64,000 bases of DNA from Hemiscyllium ocellatum (lineage: Eukaryota): positions 1,457,438 through 1,521,437 of the forward strand of contig NC_083427.1 of assembly GCF_020745735.1 (NCBI RefSeq). Direction: 5' to 3'. The translations under genes and the position numbers were made by a program. The notes under the pieces were generated by a model. That model did no database searches. It saw nothing but the letters and a program-made list of their open reading frames with translations, and was not told the origin of the DNA. Shown piece after piece: positions 37,986 to 51,173 of this stretch; positions within the stretch are counted from its first letter, which is position 1, and the number at the start of each line of letters is the position of its first letter.

Positions 37986-39229
37986 ACTGGAAAGCAGAAA
38001 GTGTGATAAAAAAAAACAGAGAGAGTAGAAGAACGTGTGGACCATGTACTAAAAGTGTTCATCAGTTAATGCTAGATTTTAAGTATTCATAGCTGAAAGG
38101 ATGGTTGCCAGATCCATATTTATTTGCAGTTCATGTTCTCAGTACGAAAAGGCTTCAGTGTGACCATAAAGGTCTGGACTACATATCGTTTGTCCACATT
38201 TGACCTAATGCATGTTAAGTCTGTAAACGTGATTGTGAAATGATATAATGGAAGACAGCAAACAGGAATGGCAATCTCAGTCTGTACAGTCAGCTGGTCT
38301 ATAACTTTACTGGGCAGGCCCGCAGAATCTGCGATAATACAATGAAAGAGGAAAAACAGAAATGCAAATCTCAATGTGCAATGAGGTCTCGTCATCAAAG
38401 AGGGAATCAGGACCTACAATAATGCAAATGATGATGCAGTTAAAGCCACTTTGATACCATAGTCACTGTACTGCAACATTTTCGATGACAACCTGCAATT
38501 ATAATATTCCAGAAATATTCATGTGACATGTGATATAGTGAAGTATGGGCCTTTGGGCATACACGGAGCTAACTATAGGAGAAAGAGTGGAAATTGTTTC
38601 TTTAATTTTAAAAATAAGCCACATAAAATGCTTCCCTTAAAATGTTTGACTTTTGGAGTGTCAAAGGCTAAATTGCTGCTGATCATAATACTGGAACACT
38701 GGAATCGCAAGGAGACCAGATCAGTTAACAGAAGCAGACTAGCTTCCCTAAACAACAGTACTGAACCAGATTTCGAGGATATGGTCACTTTGTATAAAGT
38801 ATTTATTCCAGGATTAATAGTTGTTTTCAGCATTAAATAGTTGCTCTGACACCTGGTCTACTGCAGTATGATGAAGAGTTTAAGATTCTCCAATTACTTA
38901 GCAAAGAAACTAGTGACCAGCTCAACTGAACTTCAGCTTTTTGGAAACTCATGCACTTAGGAAAACTTTTAAACTCTTGTCCTGAATTTAGCGAGTTTGG
39001 AACTATTCCCTCAACTAATCCTTATCAGACAAAATTAGGATGTCCCATTAGCTTGCAGTTGTGTCGGTGCCAAGGTGCTTTCTAATGTGAGGCTTTGGGG
39101 GATGTTCAGGCAACAAATGCAGTTTGGAAAATGTAAAGATTCGTTTATTGTAAACTTTGAATGGCGATCCGGTGTGCAGTAACTTTCTGAAGAAGACAGC
39201 TGACTGTGTGTCTCGATATTTCATTGGGA

Positions 39230-39550
39230 GCAAGGGACTGGTTAATGTTCGAAGTTGTGGAAAGAAGGATTAGAGGTGATTAGTTTAAATTAGAATAAAA
39301 GAGAACCCGAGAGGCAACATTTTTGCACAGAGCGTGGTATGCATGTGAAAGGAGCTTGCGAGTAGAAGTGTTTGAGGCAGGTTCATTAAAAACATTTAAA
39401 AGGCATTTGGACAAATAGACAGCGAGAAAAGTTCTCGGAGGACATCTGCCAAATGCAGGGAAATGGGGTTAGCATGGATGGAACCTTTGGTTGGCAAAAG
39501 CCAGTTTGGGTCAATAGGCCTGTATCCACGCTCAATGGCTCTCCATTTAC
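39230..39550 (+). mobile_element. CR1 3' end fragment
   Basis: CCCGAGAGGCAACATTTTTGCACAGAGCGTGGT..ACATTTAAAAGGCATTTGGAC. Confidence 0.75.
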
Positions 39551-40289
39551 GCTCTTGTGCCGAAATGAGTTTTAAATTCGCGTATCAAGCCATGTTCCCA
39601 CCCATTCAATTTTGGTCAGTAACAGAGCATCCTCAAAAGAATAAACACGCCATTAATTTATTGTAATGGCAATATCTCCACTCAAAAATGCCAAAACGTT
39701 GAATATGCAAGTTTTGTATTCATTCCCAAGTTTAAGGTGTTCATGCAGGCTTTTGCTGTTTTGTTTTTCTACTGTTTTTAACGCTTCAGCATGAGAGTCG
39801 GCGAGATAGAAGGCTGGGATATGATCACTGTTGGAGTGCAGGGAGTATTGAAGTTTTCTATCCTATTCTGATTTAACATTGGGGAATAGAAACCACGTGG
39901 GCTGTACAGCACAGTCTGAAAAATCAATTAGATTGAATCTTGCTGAGATAGATAAATGATAATGGCAGGCGGAACTACTGAGTGGGAAGCAATGAATTAC
40001 AGTATCGCAGTAATATTACAGTGCAGAAAGAGACCATTAGGACCAAAGAATCTATTATCCAGTGCGAATTTCATACGTTTTCAAACAAAACTGCACACCA
40101 TTACCACCCAATAAAAAAATGTATCCAATGCCTTCTTGAATGCTTCCATTGAACCTGTTTCTCCCACATTGCCAGGAAATGCATTCAATGCGCTATTACT
40201 TCGCTATTTGGATGATGCTTTTTTTTTCTCAGTGCAGAACACTGAGTCACCATAGGACCGGATAAGAGCTGATAAGGATCTGATTCATT

Positions 40290-40412
40290 CATGGTGAAGA
40301 ATGGTCAGAATGTCGACTCTCCTGCTCCTTGAATGCTACATTACCAGCTGTGATTTTCCAGGAACACATGTTCTGACTCTGATCTCCAACATCTGCAGTC
40401 CTCACTTTCGCC
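40290..40412 (+). mobile_element. Penelope terminal fragment
   Basis: ATGTCGACTCTCCTGCTCCTTGAATGCT...GACTCTGATCTCCAACATCTGCAGTCCTCACTTTC. Confidence 0.75.
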
Positions 40413-41099
40413 GAGCCAGTAACATGCCTTCTTCAGATTTAAAAGACCTTTGTGAAAAGAGCTGAGAGAACTACTTCATGGTGCTGCCGTCCTGTTAGTT
40501 CCTTTTCTTGTCTCGTAAAAGTTTCTCTCTGTTTTATGAACAGCTCAAGCAGTTTAACTTCTCGAAGACAATTGCTCATTTTGTTTTGTCAAGCAGGTGA
40601 CCTTTGTCATTAATAATTCATCACAGGTCCACAAAGCAGACAGCTTCATATGCAAACAACTACTGGGATGCTGTTCGTTTGCTGTTTCTGTTTGGGAGCC
40701 ACAGCCATATAAGCAGTGCTCACAGTGAACGTCACTTGTTTTCAAAACATGAAGCTTCAAAAACCCTGAGTTTCAGGCTGTTCTTTCTGATTCTCGTCCT
40801 CACTTTAAACATCTCAATCAAATGATAAGGCGTCGTCTTTGCGTGGAAATATCTGTGGTGGGCCAATTGCTTCCCTTATCCTTATCATTCGAGAATAAAA
40901 AAGCATAAAGAATGTTGACAAAAAGGCTTTACCCCTCTGTTGAAAAACTACTCATTAGATTATATCGTTCATTTGACGTCTGTCGGGATGAATGGGCACC
41001 CTGACTCATGACTCTCCATTTTTCTACTTCACAGTGATATCCGCATTCTGATTTCTGTATTTTTACCAAGATACCTCTTGGAGCTATTACTACACGAAG

Positions 41100-41980
41100 G
41101 ACACTCTCGTATCATTTCCATGAGCAGGAAGTCAGGAATTGTGTGGCACTGGCAGAACCTAAACTGGACATCAATGAGCAACTTAGCTCTGAGTGTGATG
41201 CGGCGTTTCAGCGATGTTCATGACGCTTTCTTGCAATTTAACGATGCTCTAGTGTAGATTGGTGCAGTGGTAACTGATCGAGGTCGGCTTTTTGTGTACA
41301 CGTAATTTTCCAAATTGCCAGGTAATTGCCAGAGTTGTGGCTGCGCTGAAACAATTGGGTTCGGGGTGTGGAAAATTCTGGAGAAGAAGTCTTCACTGCT
41401 AATGTTGGAGTGTTTTTAGGAGCCACAGCCTTTGATGCATGCAGTGACCACCAGCCGTTCTTGTTAAGACATGGAGTGAACAGCTCTGATTGAAGACTGG
41501 CATCTGTGATGTTGTTGTGCTCTGGAACTGCTGTAGACAACTACCTTTTCGATTTCCCTATAAGCCATAGCGACAACTTTCTGCTCCTCCACTCTGTTAG
41601 TCCTGAGGAATTTCCCAAAGACCATTAGATGTGGTACACAAGTAAGTTGGATTTATTCATTGAACACGTGGGAACAATGCTCGAATATAGAGTCAAAGAG
41701 TCATTCAGCACGGAAACAGACACTTCAGTCCAAGTAGCACATGCAAAAGACATGCTTATCCAATTGTCTTTTAAATGTGATAACTGTGTTTTCACATATG
41801 CAGTGCGATTGGAAATGAAGTTGTCTTCTCTCTGCTGAAGAACTGTGGAGAACACGAGGAATGGAGATGCTGGAGATCAGAGTCAAAAAGTGTAGTGCTG
41901 GAAAAACAGAGCTGCTCAGGCAGCATCCGAGGAATAGAAGAGTCGAGGCTTCCGCCATTAGTTCTTCATCAGGAACGATT
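41100..41980 (-). mobile_element. Composite of LINE fragment (41100-41580), CR1 3' end (41675-41860) and Penelope terminus (41860-41975)
   Basis: GIYLAIWK-like RT0 remnant, TAGAGTCAAAGAGTCATTCAGCACGGAAACAGAC, and GATGCTGGAGATCAGAGTC...TTCATCAGGAA. Confidence 0.65.
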
Positions 41981-42751
41981 GTGGGTTGTACTGCATAACA
42001 TCTCCTATCGTTGGTCACAAGGTCACGTGTCAGCCAAAAACCAACCCTGACATGACGTACTTGAATGCACTAACTAGTGGAAGATACCTCAATACTCTGG
42101 AAATATATTCTTATAAACTCTGACCCTCGTGTCTGTCGAGCACGCCTCAGCACAATTCTGGAGTTTATTTAGTAACGGACTCTCGTCTTTATTCTTGCAA
42201 TGCAGCTGATCAGGCATCATGCCACATGGAAATGTTCACCCGTGTCTCAAACTCCAGCTCGTTATTTCATGATCTCAAGCCCATGCTCATCACGAAGTTG
42301 CTGCCAGTACACAGTTAGATTTCCATAAACCCCTGCTCGCATTCAATCTTTACCATGCTGTCAGCTTGAAAGGCAAACACACATTAATCGATTGTTTCAC
42401 ACTATCCTTCATCATTTCAATTACTGTTCAATTTTCTTTATACCAGTTTCTATTTCAAAGCAACATAAACCTCCCTCTGCGTCCTGTTTTCTGTCGTTAT
42501 TTTTTGTGTAAATCCCTTAAACCTTGACATCAATGCATACAATGCTGTGATATCGCTTTAAACTATCAATACGGATTGCCCTTTTGCTATCTGTGCTGTT
42601 ATGCCTCCCTCCAGTCTTATGACTTTTGTCATGAGAAGTGTCGATTTTCTGTCTTAAATGGAGGAACTTTGTTTCATACTACAAAAACAGAATTCTCTTT
42701 ATTCAGGAATTTCGATGAATTGATCTGTGGGAGCTCTACACTGAGGCGTGC

Positions 42752-42782
42752 ATACACACAGGCACACACACACACACACACA
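42752..42782. repeat. (CA)n microsatellite
   Basis: ACACACAGGCACACACACACACACACACA. Confidence 0.85.
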
Positions 42783-43439
42783 GTAGACGGTGATAGAATT
42801 GACATGGATTGTCTCTGGATGATGCTTACGATGTCTCTTCCGAGAAATGGTCATTGTCTGACAAGTGGCAAGAATCTAGCTTACTGCTTGTCTGACCAAG
42901 CCTGGATTCTGTCCAGTTTTTTGTGTGGAATAGAGATGCTGAAGAGACAGATCGATAGGTGTGCCACTGGAAATGGTACAAAACGGCAGTAGAGGTCTTT
43001 CACAGAATCATATGCAATCATTTTCAAATGTTATTTATTAATATTAACTCAAAAGTTTGACACTACTGCCAGTTTTGTGCAGAATCAGAAACCCTGAAAC
43101 TTCACTTTCAGTTAGGAATAGATCACAGTTTTACACGAATCTCGGATTGGAAACCCAATTCCAGGATTTCCCATTGTCCAGTTTTAAAGGAACAAACACT
43201 GAAAGAAATGCTGGAAATCAGCAGGTCTGACACATTCTAGAGTTCTGCAGACAGGTCATACTGGATTTGAAATGTTATCCCTGCTTCTGTCTCCCCAGAT
43301 GCTTTCAGTTTACATTTTCAGTCTGGTAATCTTTTATTTAGGATAAACTTGGTTGTTTTAATGTGGCGAGCTGACTCTACATGAACACGACAGCAACTGA
43401 CTATCTGCAACTGGGAACATTACCAATTGGAAATTCAAA

Positions 43440-44260
43440 TTCAAACCATTCACCATTCCGACTTGGAAATATGTTGCTGTTTCTTCAATATTGCAGAGTC
43501 CATATGCTGGAGTTCTCTCCCTAATGGCATTATATATCTACCGTCAACATATTGACGGCATGATTCAAGATGGTAGTTCATCATCCCCCCTCTCTGTTAT
43601 GGATTAAAAATGACCCCCTAAAAAGAGTTCAAGAAGGTAACCTAGTCCGTAACATTTTATGCTAAAGGCAGATGTGAACTGAGTATCCCAGGTGTGATTC
43701 AGATGGTCATACAACTTCGTTTTAAGTAATTCAATATTTTCTGTAAAACTAGAGTTGAAACACAAACAAAAGAAAACAGAATTGAGAATAGCTTGTTGGA
43801 AAACAGAACTAATCCAACACAGCACCTTCACCAAGAAACTTCTCCAATCAAGCAACATCCCATACAGACACCCGTTGGCAAAAGGGAAATTCAAACACGG
43901 ATTCTTATCAGTTGGGGGGAACAACTTCCAGAGATTTCCGAGAGGTACGTCAACTTGAAATCAGCTTCTGAAGTTTGGAACCCTGTTACACTCCAACTGC
44001 TTCTGTCTGTTACTGTGAAACCGAAGTTCAAGAAGCTTGAACGTGGAGAAGTGTTAACTCCCTTGCCACTGTTAAACTAAGCTTTTCCGAAACATTTGGT
44101 CCGTCTGTCTTTACAAAACCTTTCAAAATAAAACAAGGAGAAAATCATCTTTTCAAAGAGATATCATTGTCACACCTCCACCTTCTCAAGGACCAACGAG
44201 GATGGGCACTAAGCACTGATTCCAGATAGCGATGCCAAATTCCCATGTAGCGAAGTGCTC
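43440..44260 (+). mobile_element. LINE 3' end split by a solo LTR
   Basis: ATTCAAGATGGTAGTTCATCATC (43563) continues as CCACCTTCTCAAGGACCAACGAGGATGGGCA (44178) on the other side of the LTR. Confidence 0.7.
43595..44174 (-). mobile_element. Solo LTR (~580 bp)
   Basis: TG...CA termini (TGTTAT...TGTCACA), near-TSD TCTC/CCTC, and it interrupts a LINE tail. Orientation is inferred from family resemblance. Confidence 0.7.
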
Positions 44261-45130
44261 CCCCCAGTATTGTAAACACTTGAGCACTGTCAAAATCAGT
44301 AATAACATTTGAGGTAAACACTGAGTACTGCACTCTCCAAATTCTTCCTTTTCGAAAAAAAAAGACTAGTCACTGCAACTACAATTTTGTTTGGAAATTA
44401 TCGCATGCCTTTCTGCCAGTACCCCTATCCTGTGAACGATTGCAAAGAAAAGCCAGGAACCTGCTTCCAGTGAAATCCTACTATGAAGACAAAAGTTCCA
44501 TTTTCCATGAACGGTGCAACTTGTAGATAGGTTTTTGAGTGCAAAGAATGAGGAGCAGGCCATAAAGACAATTAATTTTCTCAGTTAAGGTTTGCAAACT
44601 GGTGCTCAACCATTGAATGACTTAACTCATTGCCTTCCCCAGTGTGCAGTGAAGGCTGGCCCATTGCATATTTTTTGCAATAAAAAGGAAATCGTGATTT
44701 GGGAGAGCAGTCTGCAATTGGAGTTAGGCTGGAATCCAATGAGCCGTCGTCTTATCACATGGCAGAACAGGTTCAAAGGAGCAAATAGCCTACTGCTGCT
44801 TCTATTTCTTAATGCCTTACTTAGGATTACACAAATCCAGTCAGTTTTAGAGTAAGGTTACAGGCATGGTGGGCGAAGGTATTACGTGTACCTTCATTAT
44901 GTGTGCAAGGCAAAACAGGAAGAATCACTGCCTCGGCGTCTACACATAATTGAAGATCATAAAATTAAATATGCAGTTCGAAATGGTTAAAAAATCCCTT
45001 AGAACATACGAAGGAGAAGGTTTCGCTGATTAATTGGTTCAGTGTAAAGAGATGGTGGAGAAAATATTCTTTTTCACTCAGTTTCCAGGATTCTTGCTCA
45101 ATTTGATATAAATGTGCTGATTTGGCTGTA

Positions 45131-45144
45131 TCAGTAGAGGGCGC
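45131..45144 (+). promoter_or_regulatory. CTCF-like motif, copy 1 (also 50622-50635 and 56125-56138)
   Basis: TCAGTAGAGGGCGC matches the CTCF core CCASYAGRKGGCRS at 13/14 and is identical in all three units. Confidence 0.5.
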
Positions 45145-45579
45145 AGTTTATAGAAAGGCCCAACTCTCGTCTCATTTTCTACTGTCAGCTGGATGGAATA
45201 AAACAAGCAAGTATTATTTTCATTCATTCAAGGGACAGTGAGAGTCAGTACGTATGCAAGCATGTTATTGCCCATCCGGAGCTGACATGGTGTCAATGAT
45301 ACGCAGGAGTCTCTGGTCTTGCAGAGACACCCACAGTGCTATTGAGAAGTCGGTCAAAGACTGTACCCTTCAGGAATGAGCAATACTGCTGGAGCTGCGA
45401 TATAACTCCAAGTGAAGACGGTGAGGGGCTTGGAAATACATTGAATTTATGTGTGTTCCCATGCATCTGCTGCCCCATCCTTCTCGATTATAGAGGCCAT
45501 TTGTAAACCATATATTGTAACATGTCTAAATGAGAACAAAGGACACAACATATTGCAGTATGGTACGGGGATTGGTTAC

Positions 45580-45690
45580 CTCGGTTGGCTGAGTGTTTAG
45601 TTTCTGATAGAGAGGACAATAGCGTTGGTTGAATTCCCTTGGTAAATTTGCATTTACTGTCAGGGAGGATGCAATCGAGAATCTGGTGGT
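45580..45690 (-). other. Candidate 111-nt symmetric cassette exon, copy 1
   Basis: CTAAC branch-like motif, TCCTCTTTTTTGTTCGGTTCAG acceptor and GAG|GTAACC donor. Open in two frames. Confidence 0.4.
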
Positions 45691-46184
45691 CTGAACCGAA
45701 CAAAAAAGAGGACTGTTAGGAAAGACATTTGACGTAGACAAGTTATACAACCAAGACAGGATGTATACTATTTGAGAATAAGGGACGTGAGGTGAGGTTT
45801 ATGGAAATTCTGACCACAGTGTTCCAAGTCTAATGTTTTGAGGGACCTTACAGCAGAAATGGAGGATTGTAAATGATAGCCTTTTATTTAGGATTGTGGA
45901 GGGGGCGTGCAGCAAGCACCCAAATGCCAGTAATATCAATTGGAAGCGTGGTCAGAGGCAAAGTAAAGAACACTTGTACAGAATATGGTTAAAAACCAAC
46001 ATTTGTTGTTGACTTGGTACCGACCGGGATGTGAATTTCCAATGACATTTGACATTTTGCAAGGGCTCGGCAGTAAACCGTATTATGGCTTCATAACTCT
46101 AGCCATAACCCTGTTGCTTTACTAATAGAAGATTTATTTTGTCCTGTTAAAAACACGGAGGATACCATTCATTTAGAGGCATGC

Positions 46185-48700
46185 AGTCATAGAGTCATGC
46201 AACATGGACACTGCCTCTTCAGCCCAACTGTTACATTCCATCAAGGGTTCCTAAACGGAACTTTCCCAATTTCCTGCGATTTGTCCATATCTCTATAAAC
46301 CTTTGCAATCTATGTACCCGTCCAAATTGCGTTTACATGTTAGAACTTTACCTGCGTCTGCCACTTGCTCTGGAAGCTCATATGCATCACCCTCTGTGTG
46401 GAACAGTTGCCCCTCAGGTCACTTTTAAATTGTTTTCTTCTCAGCCTAAACTTCTGCCCTCTTGTTTTGGACTGCTGTACAGTGGGGAAAAAAAAGGACC
46501 TTGGCTGTTCACCCTTTAAATGCAACTCGTTTTTTTATGATATGGAGGTACTGGTGTTGGACTATGGTGGACATGTTCAGAAGCCACAAAACACAAAGTT
46601 ACTGTCCAATGAGATTATTTGAAATGAAAAGCTTTCGAAGTGCTGCCCTTTCATCACATGAAGTGATGCAGAGGTACTGCTCTGGAAGGTTGTGATGACA
46701 AATAGATCTGTTTAACTACAACTGGAAGTCATGTGACTTTTGACCATAACTTTATAATCATTTATAAGTTCACCCTTCAGCCTCGTACGCTCCAGGGAAT
46801 AACAGCCCGTGCTTATCGAGTCTCACCTCTTAACCCAAACTCTCCTGCCTTGGGGACATCCTTTTCAATGTTCTTTGCACCCTACCATTTTAATGACATC
46901 TTTCCTGTAGTCTGACCGGAATTGTACGCAGTCCTCCAAAGGTGGTCTCACCAGTTATGTTAACATCCATAACATGAAATCCCAAACTACTGTAATCAAT
47001 GCTCTGAAAGATGAAGGCAAGTGTGACAAACGGCCTTCTTCACCATCCAGTCTACCTGTGTCACCACTTTCAATGAACTGTGCCTCTGCGCCCTGAGAAA
47101 TGTCAACATGCCCTTGGTTCTTCCATTAAGTCCTGATCTGGTTTGTCTTAAGACAATGCAACACTTTGCATTTAAGTAATTTAAACTCCATCTGCCATTC
47201 CTCGCACCATTGGCACAGTTCTCCACGTATGGAACCTTCTTGACTTTATATTTAATTTGGAGTTGTTCACACACTCATGAACAATGTCTCAGATTTTCTC
47301 AACAAAAACGTTTACTTAACCGATGAATAACAGTGAACCAAACACCAGTACTTGAGGCACACAACTGGTCACAACCTCCAGTCTGAACCACAACCTCTAT
47401 CACCACCCTCTGTCTATGAGCATAAAGCCAAATTTTCTAATTCACTAGCTCTTCCTGCATCCCATTTGCTCTCATGGTATTATCCAGTCTGCCATGCGGA
47501 ACCTTGTTAAAGGCCTTACCAATGTCCATGAGCACAATGTCTGCCATTGTGTCTTAATCTACCATCTTGGTCACCTGTCCAATGATCTCAGTCAAATTAG
47601 TGAGACACGATCTCCCACGTGCAAAGTCATGCTGAGTGATCCTCATTAATCCTTGCCGTTCCAAATGCACGTTGACATTTTCTCTCAGAATCCCCTCTAA
47701 TAACTTATCCACCACTGACGTCAGGCTTACTGTTATATAGTTCCCAGGCTTTTGATTTCAGACTTTCTTCAATCATGACAAAATACTTGAACCCTTCTGC
47801 CTTTTAGCAGTTCAACCGTGGTTGTCCATGCCACAGATATTTCTGCCAGACGCTGCAATTACATTTCTAGATTCCCACAATATACTAGGATAAACCTAAG
47901 CATGTCCCAAGTATTCGTCTACTTTTATGCATTTTAATGCCTTTGGCATCTCCTTGTCAGTGATGAGGACTCTTCTTAAGAGATGAATATTGATTTCGCT
48001 GAGTTGCTCTCGTCCATGTCTTCCTGCAGTCTGACACAAAATATTCGTTTGGGACCTCGCCCATCTCCTGTCGTTTCACACATATATGTGACCCTTTCTT
48101 TAAGGGGCCCTATTCTCTCGCTAGTTACTTTTTCGCCCTTAATATACATGTAAAATCATTTTGGATTCTCCTTAATCTAAATTGCCAAAACTATCTCCTA
48201 TCACCTTGATGCTGTACTCGTTTTCCTCTTAGGTATGCCCCAATACCCCCTTCACTCTCAAAGGACTCACTGATCTCAGATATTCACAACTGAAATTTGC
48301 ATCTTGCTTTATCTTGACCCGAGCGTTAACATCTCTCCTGAGTCAACGTTCCCTACTCCTGTCAGCTGTGCCCTTCACTCTCACAGGAAAATGTTGTCTC
48401 TGAACTCCTGTTATGTCACTTGTGAACGCTTCCAATTTGCCAGATGTCCTTTTGCTTGCGAAGAGCCCCACCCAATCAACTGTTGACAGTTTCTATGTAG
48501 TAACATCAAAGTTGGCCGTACCGTGATTTAGAATTAAACTTGTGCATTAGTTGTATCATTTTCCATTAGTATTTTAGGAGAATAGAATTACAGTCACTGG
48601 TCCAAAAGTTCTCATCCACTTACCTGACTTATTTCCCATGAAGTGGTCGACCTTTGCCTCTTCTCTGTACATCCATCTACATATTGATTAAGAAAACATT
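46185..48700 (-). mobile_element. CR1/HER1 LINE (~2.5 kb, decayed ORF2), copy 1; copies at ~51695-54205 and ~57210-59725
   Basis: ORF 58325..58807 LFKKDCKEKPENY.RVSLTSVV..GILRQKIHEHLE..QHDFARGRSCLTNL. Tail AGTCATAGAGTCATG. Confidence 0.9.
46540..46745. mobile_element. Fold-back Penelope-terminus insertion inside CR1 (in each unit; ~52050-52254, ~57563-57769)
   Basis: Two inverted copies of the terminus family seen at 22281/24182. TSD CATGATTTTAT / CATGACTTTAT is clearest in unit 3. Confidence 0.75.
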
Positions 48701-51062
48701 CTCCCTTGGAAAGGAAGCGTTGCTGCACCCATATCAGTGACATGAGAGGATGAATAATAATCCATACGAATCACTCCATTGACACATTTCTGTTTGAAAC
48801 AGAATCGTAGAACCATACAACATATCGATAGTCTAATCTGCCAGGTGTACATGCGTGCTGGCTACCTTGAAAGAGACATCGAATTTGTAGCACTTTAAAT
48901 CACTTTCACACTGATGATTTTATTTGCAAACTCCCCATTCTCTATCGTTTTCAAGGTCAATGTGTTTTCTGTTGTCCCTTGTTTTAAAGCAAGTATTTTA
49001 CAATCATGCTCAGCTATTGACAGCACTGACAGAGAAAATGCTTTATTCCCAAACAAACCTATAATCATGAATCCATCAATTAAATAGTCTCTGCAACTAC
49101 AGAAATACAGTAACAGAAAGTGGAGTTGCAGGTCGATAGGATAGTGAAGAAGGTGTTTGATATGCTTGCCTTTATTGGTCACTCCATTGAGTATTGAGTT
49201 GAGAGGTCATGTTACGGCTGTACAGAACAGTGGCTAATCTTGTTCTGGAGGACTATTCACAATTCTGGTCTCCCTGCTGTAGGAAGGATGTCGTCAACCC
49301 TGAAAGTTTTCACCATAGATTAACAAGGATCTTGCCATGAATGGAGTGTTTGAGCTATCGGGAGAGTCTGAATAAACTGGTGCTACTCAAACTCTGGTTC
49401 TTACCAGTTGGAGAGAACAACCTCCAGGGATTTCCGAGAGGTACGTCAACTTGAAAGGATCTTCTCAAGTTTGAAACCCTGTTGCACTCCAACTGCTTCT
49501 GTCTGTTACTGTGAAACCGAAGTTCAAGAAGCTTGAACGTGGAGAACTGTTAACTCCCTTGCCATTGTTAAACTAAGCTTTTCCGAAACATTTTGGTACC
49601 TCTGTCTTTACAAAATCTTTCAAAAGAAAACAAGGACAAAATAATCTTTTTAAAGGGACATCATTGTCACACCTCCACTTTCTGAAGGAGCAACGAGGAT
49701 GGGCACTAAGCACCGAATCCAGATTGCGGTGCCAAATTCCCATGTAGCGAAGTGCTTCCCCCAGTATTGTAAACACATGAGCACTGCCAAAATCAGTAAT
49801 AACATTTGATGTAAAGACTGAGTACTGCACTCTCCAACTTCTTCCTTTCCGAAAAAAAAGACTAGTCACTGCAACTACAATTTTGTTTGGAAATTAACGC
49901 AGGCCTTTCTGCCAGTACCCCATCCTGTGAACGATTGAAAAGAAAAGCCAGCAACTTGCTTCCAGTGAAATCTCACTGTGAAGACAAGAGTTCCATTTTC
50001 CATGAACGGTGCAACTTGTAGATAGGATTTTGAGTGCAAGGAATGAGGAGCAGACCAGAAAGCCAATTAATTTTTTCAGTTAAGATTTGCAAACTGGTGC
50101 TCAACCACTGAATGACGTAACTCATTGCCTTTCCCAGTGTGCAGTGAAGGCTGGCCTATTGCATATTTTTTGCATTAATAAGGAAATCCTGATTTGGGGG
50201 AGCAGTCTGCAATTGGAGTTAGGATGGATTCCAATAAGCCGTCGTCTTATCACATGGCAGAACCGGTTCAAAGGGGCAAATAGCCTACCGTTGCTCCTAG
50301 TTCTTAATGCCTTACTTAGGATTACACAACTCCAGTCAATTTTATCGTAAGGTTACAGGCATGGTGGGTGAAGGTATTGCTGTTGATTATGTGTACAAGG
50401 CAAAACAGGAAGAATCACTGCCTAGCCGTCGACACATAATTGAAGAACATAAAATTAAATATGCAGCTCGGAATTGTTGAAAAATCCCTAAGAACATACG
50501 ATGGAGAAGGTTGCGCTGATTAATTGGTTCATTAAAAAAAAGATGGTGGAGAAAAGATTCTTTTTCACTCAGTTTCAAGGATTCTTGCTCAATTTGATAT
50601 AAATGTGCTGATTTGGCTGTATCAGTAGAGGGCGCAGTTTATAGACAGGCCCAGCTGTCGCCTCATTTTCGACTGCCAGCTGGATGGACTAAAACGAACA
50701 AGTCTTATTTTCATTCATTCAAGAGACAGTGAGAGCCAGTAAGTATGCAAGCATTTTATTGCCCATCCGGAGCTGACATGGTGTCAATAATACTCAGTAG
50801 TCTCTGGTCTTGCAGAGACACCCACAGTGCTGTTGAGAAGGTCGGTCAAAGACAGTACCCTTCAGCAATGAGCAACACTGCTGGAGCTGCGATATAACTC
50901 CAAGTCAAGACGGTGTGGGGCCTGGAAATACATTGAATTTATGTGTTACCATGCATCTGCTGCCCTATCCTTCTCAAATGTAGAGGCCATTTGGAAACCA
51001 TATATGGTAACATGTCTAAATGAGAACAAAGGGCACAACAGTAAGGTACGGGGTTTGGTTAC

Positions 51063-51173
51063 CTCGCTTGGCTGAGTGTTTAGTTTCTGATATAGAGGGC
51101 AAGAGCATTAGTTGAATTCCCTTGGTAAATTTGCATTTACTGTCAGGGAGGATGCAATCGAGAATCTGGTGTT
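51063..51173 (-). other. Candidate 111-nt cassette exon, copy 2
   Basis: CCTTTTTTTTCGGTCCAG acceptor and GAG|GTAACC donor. Phase-1 frame open, phase-0 frame has TAA. Confidence 0.38.
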
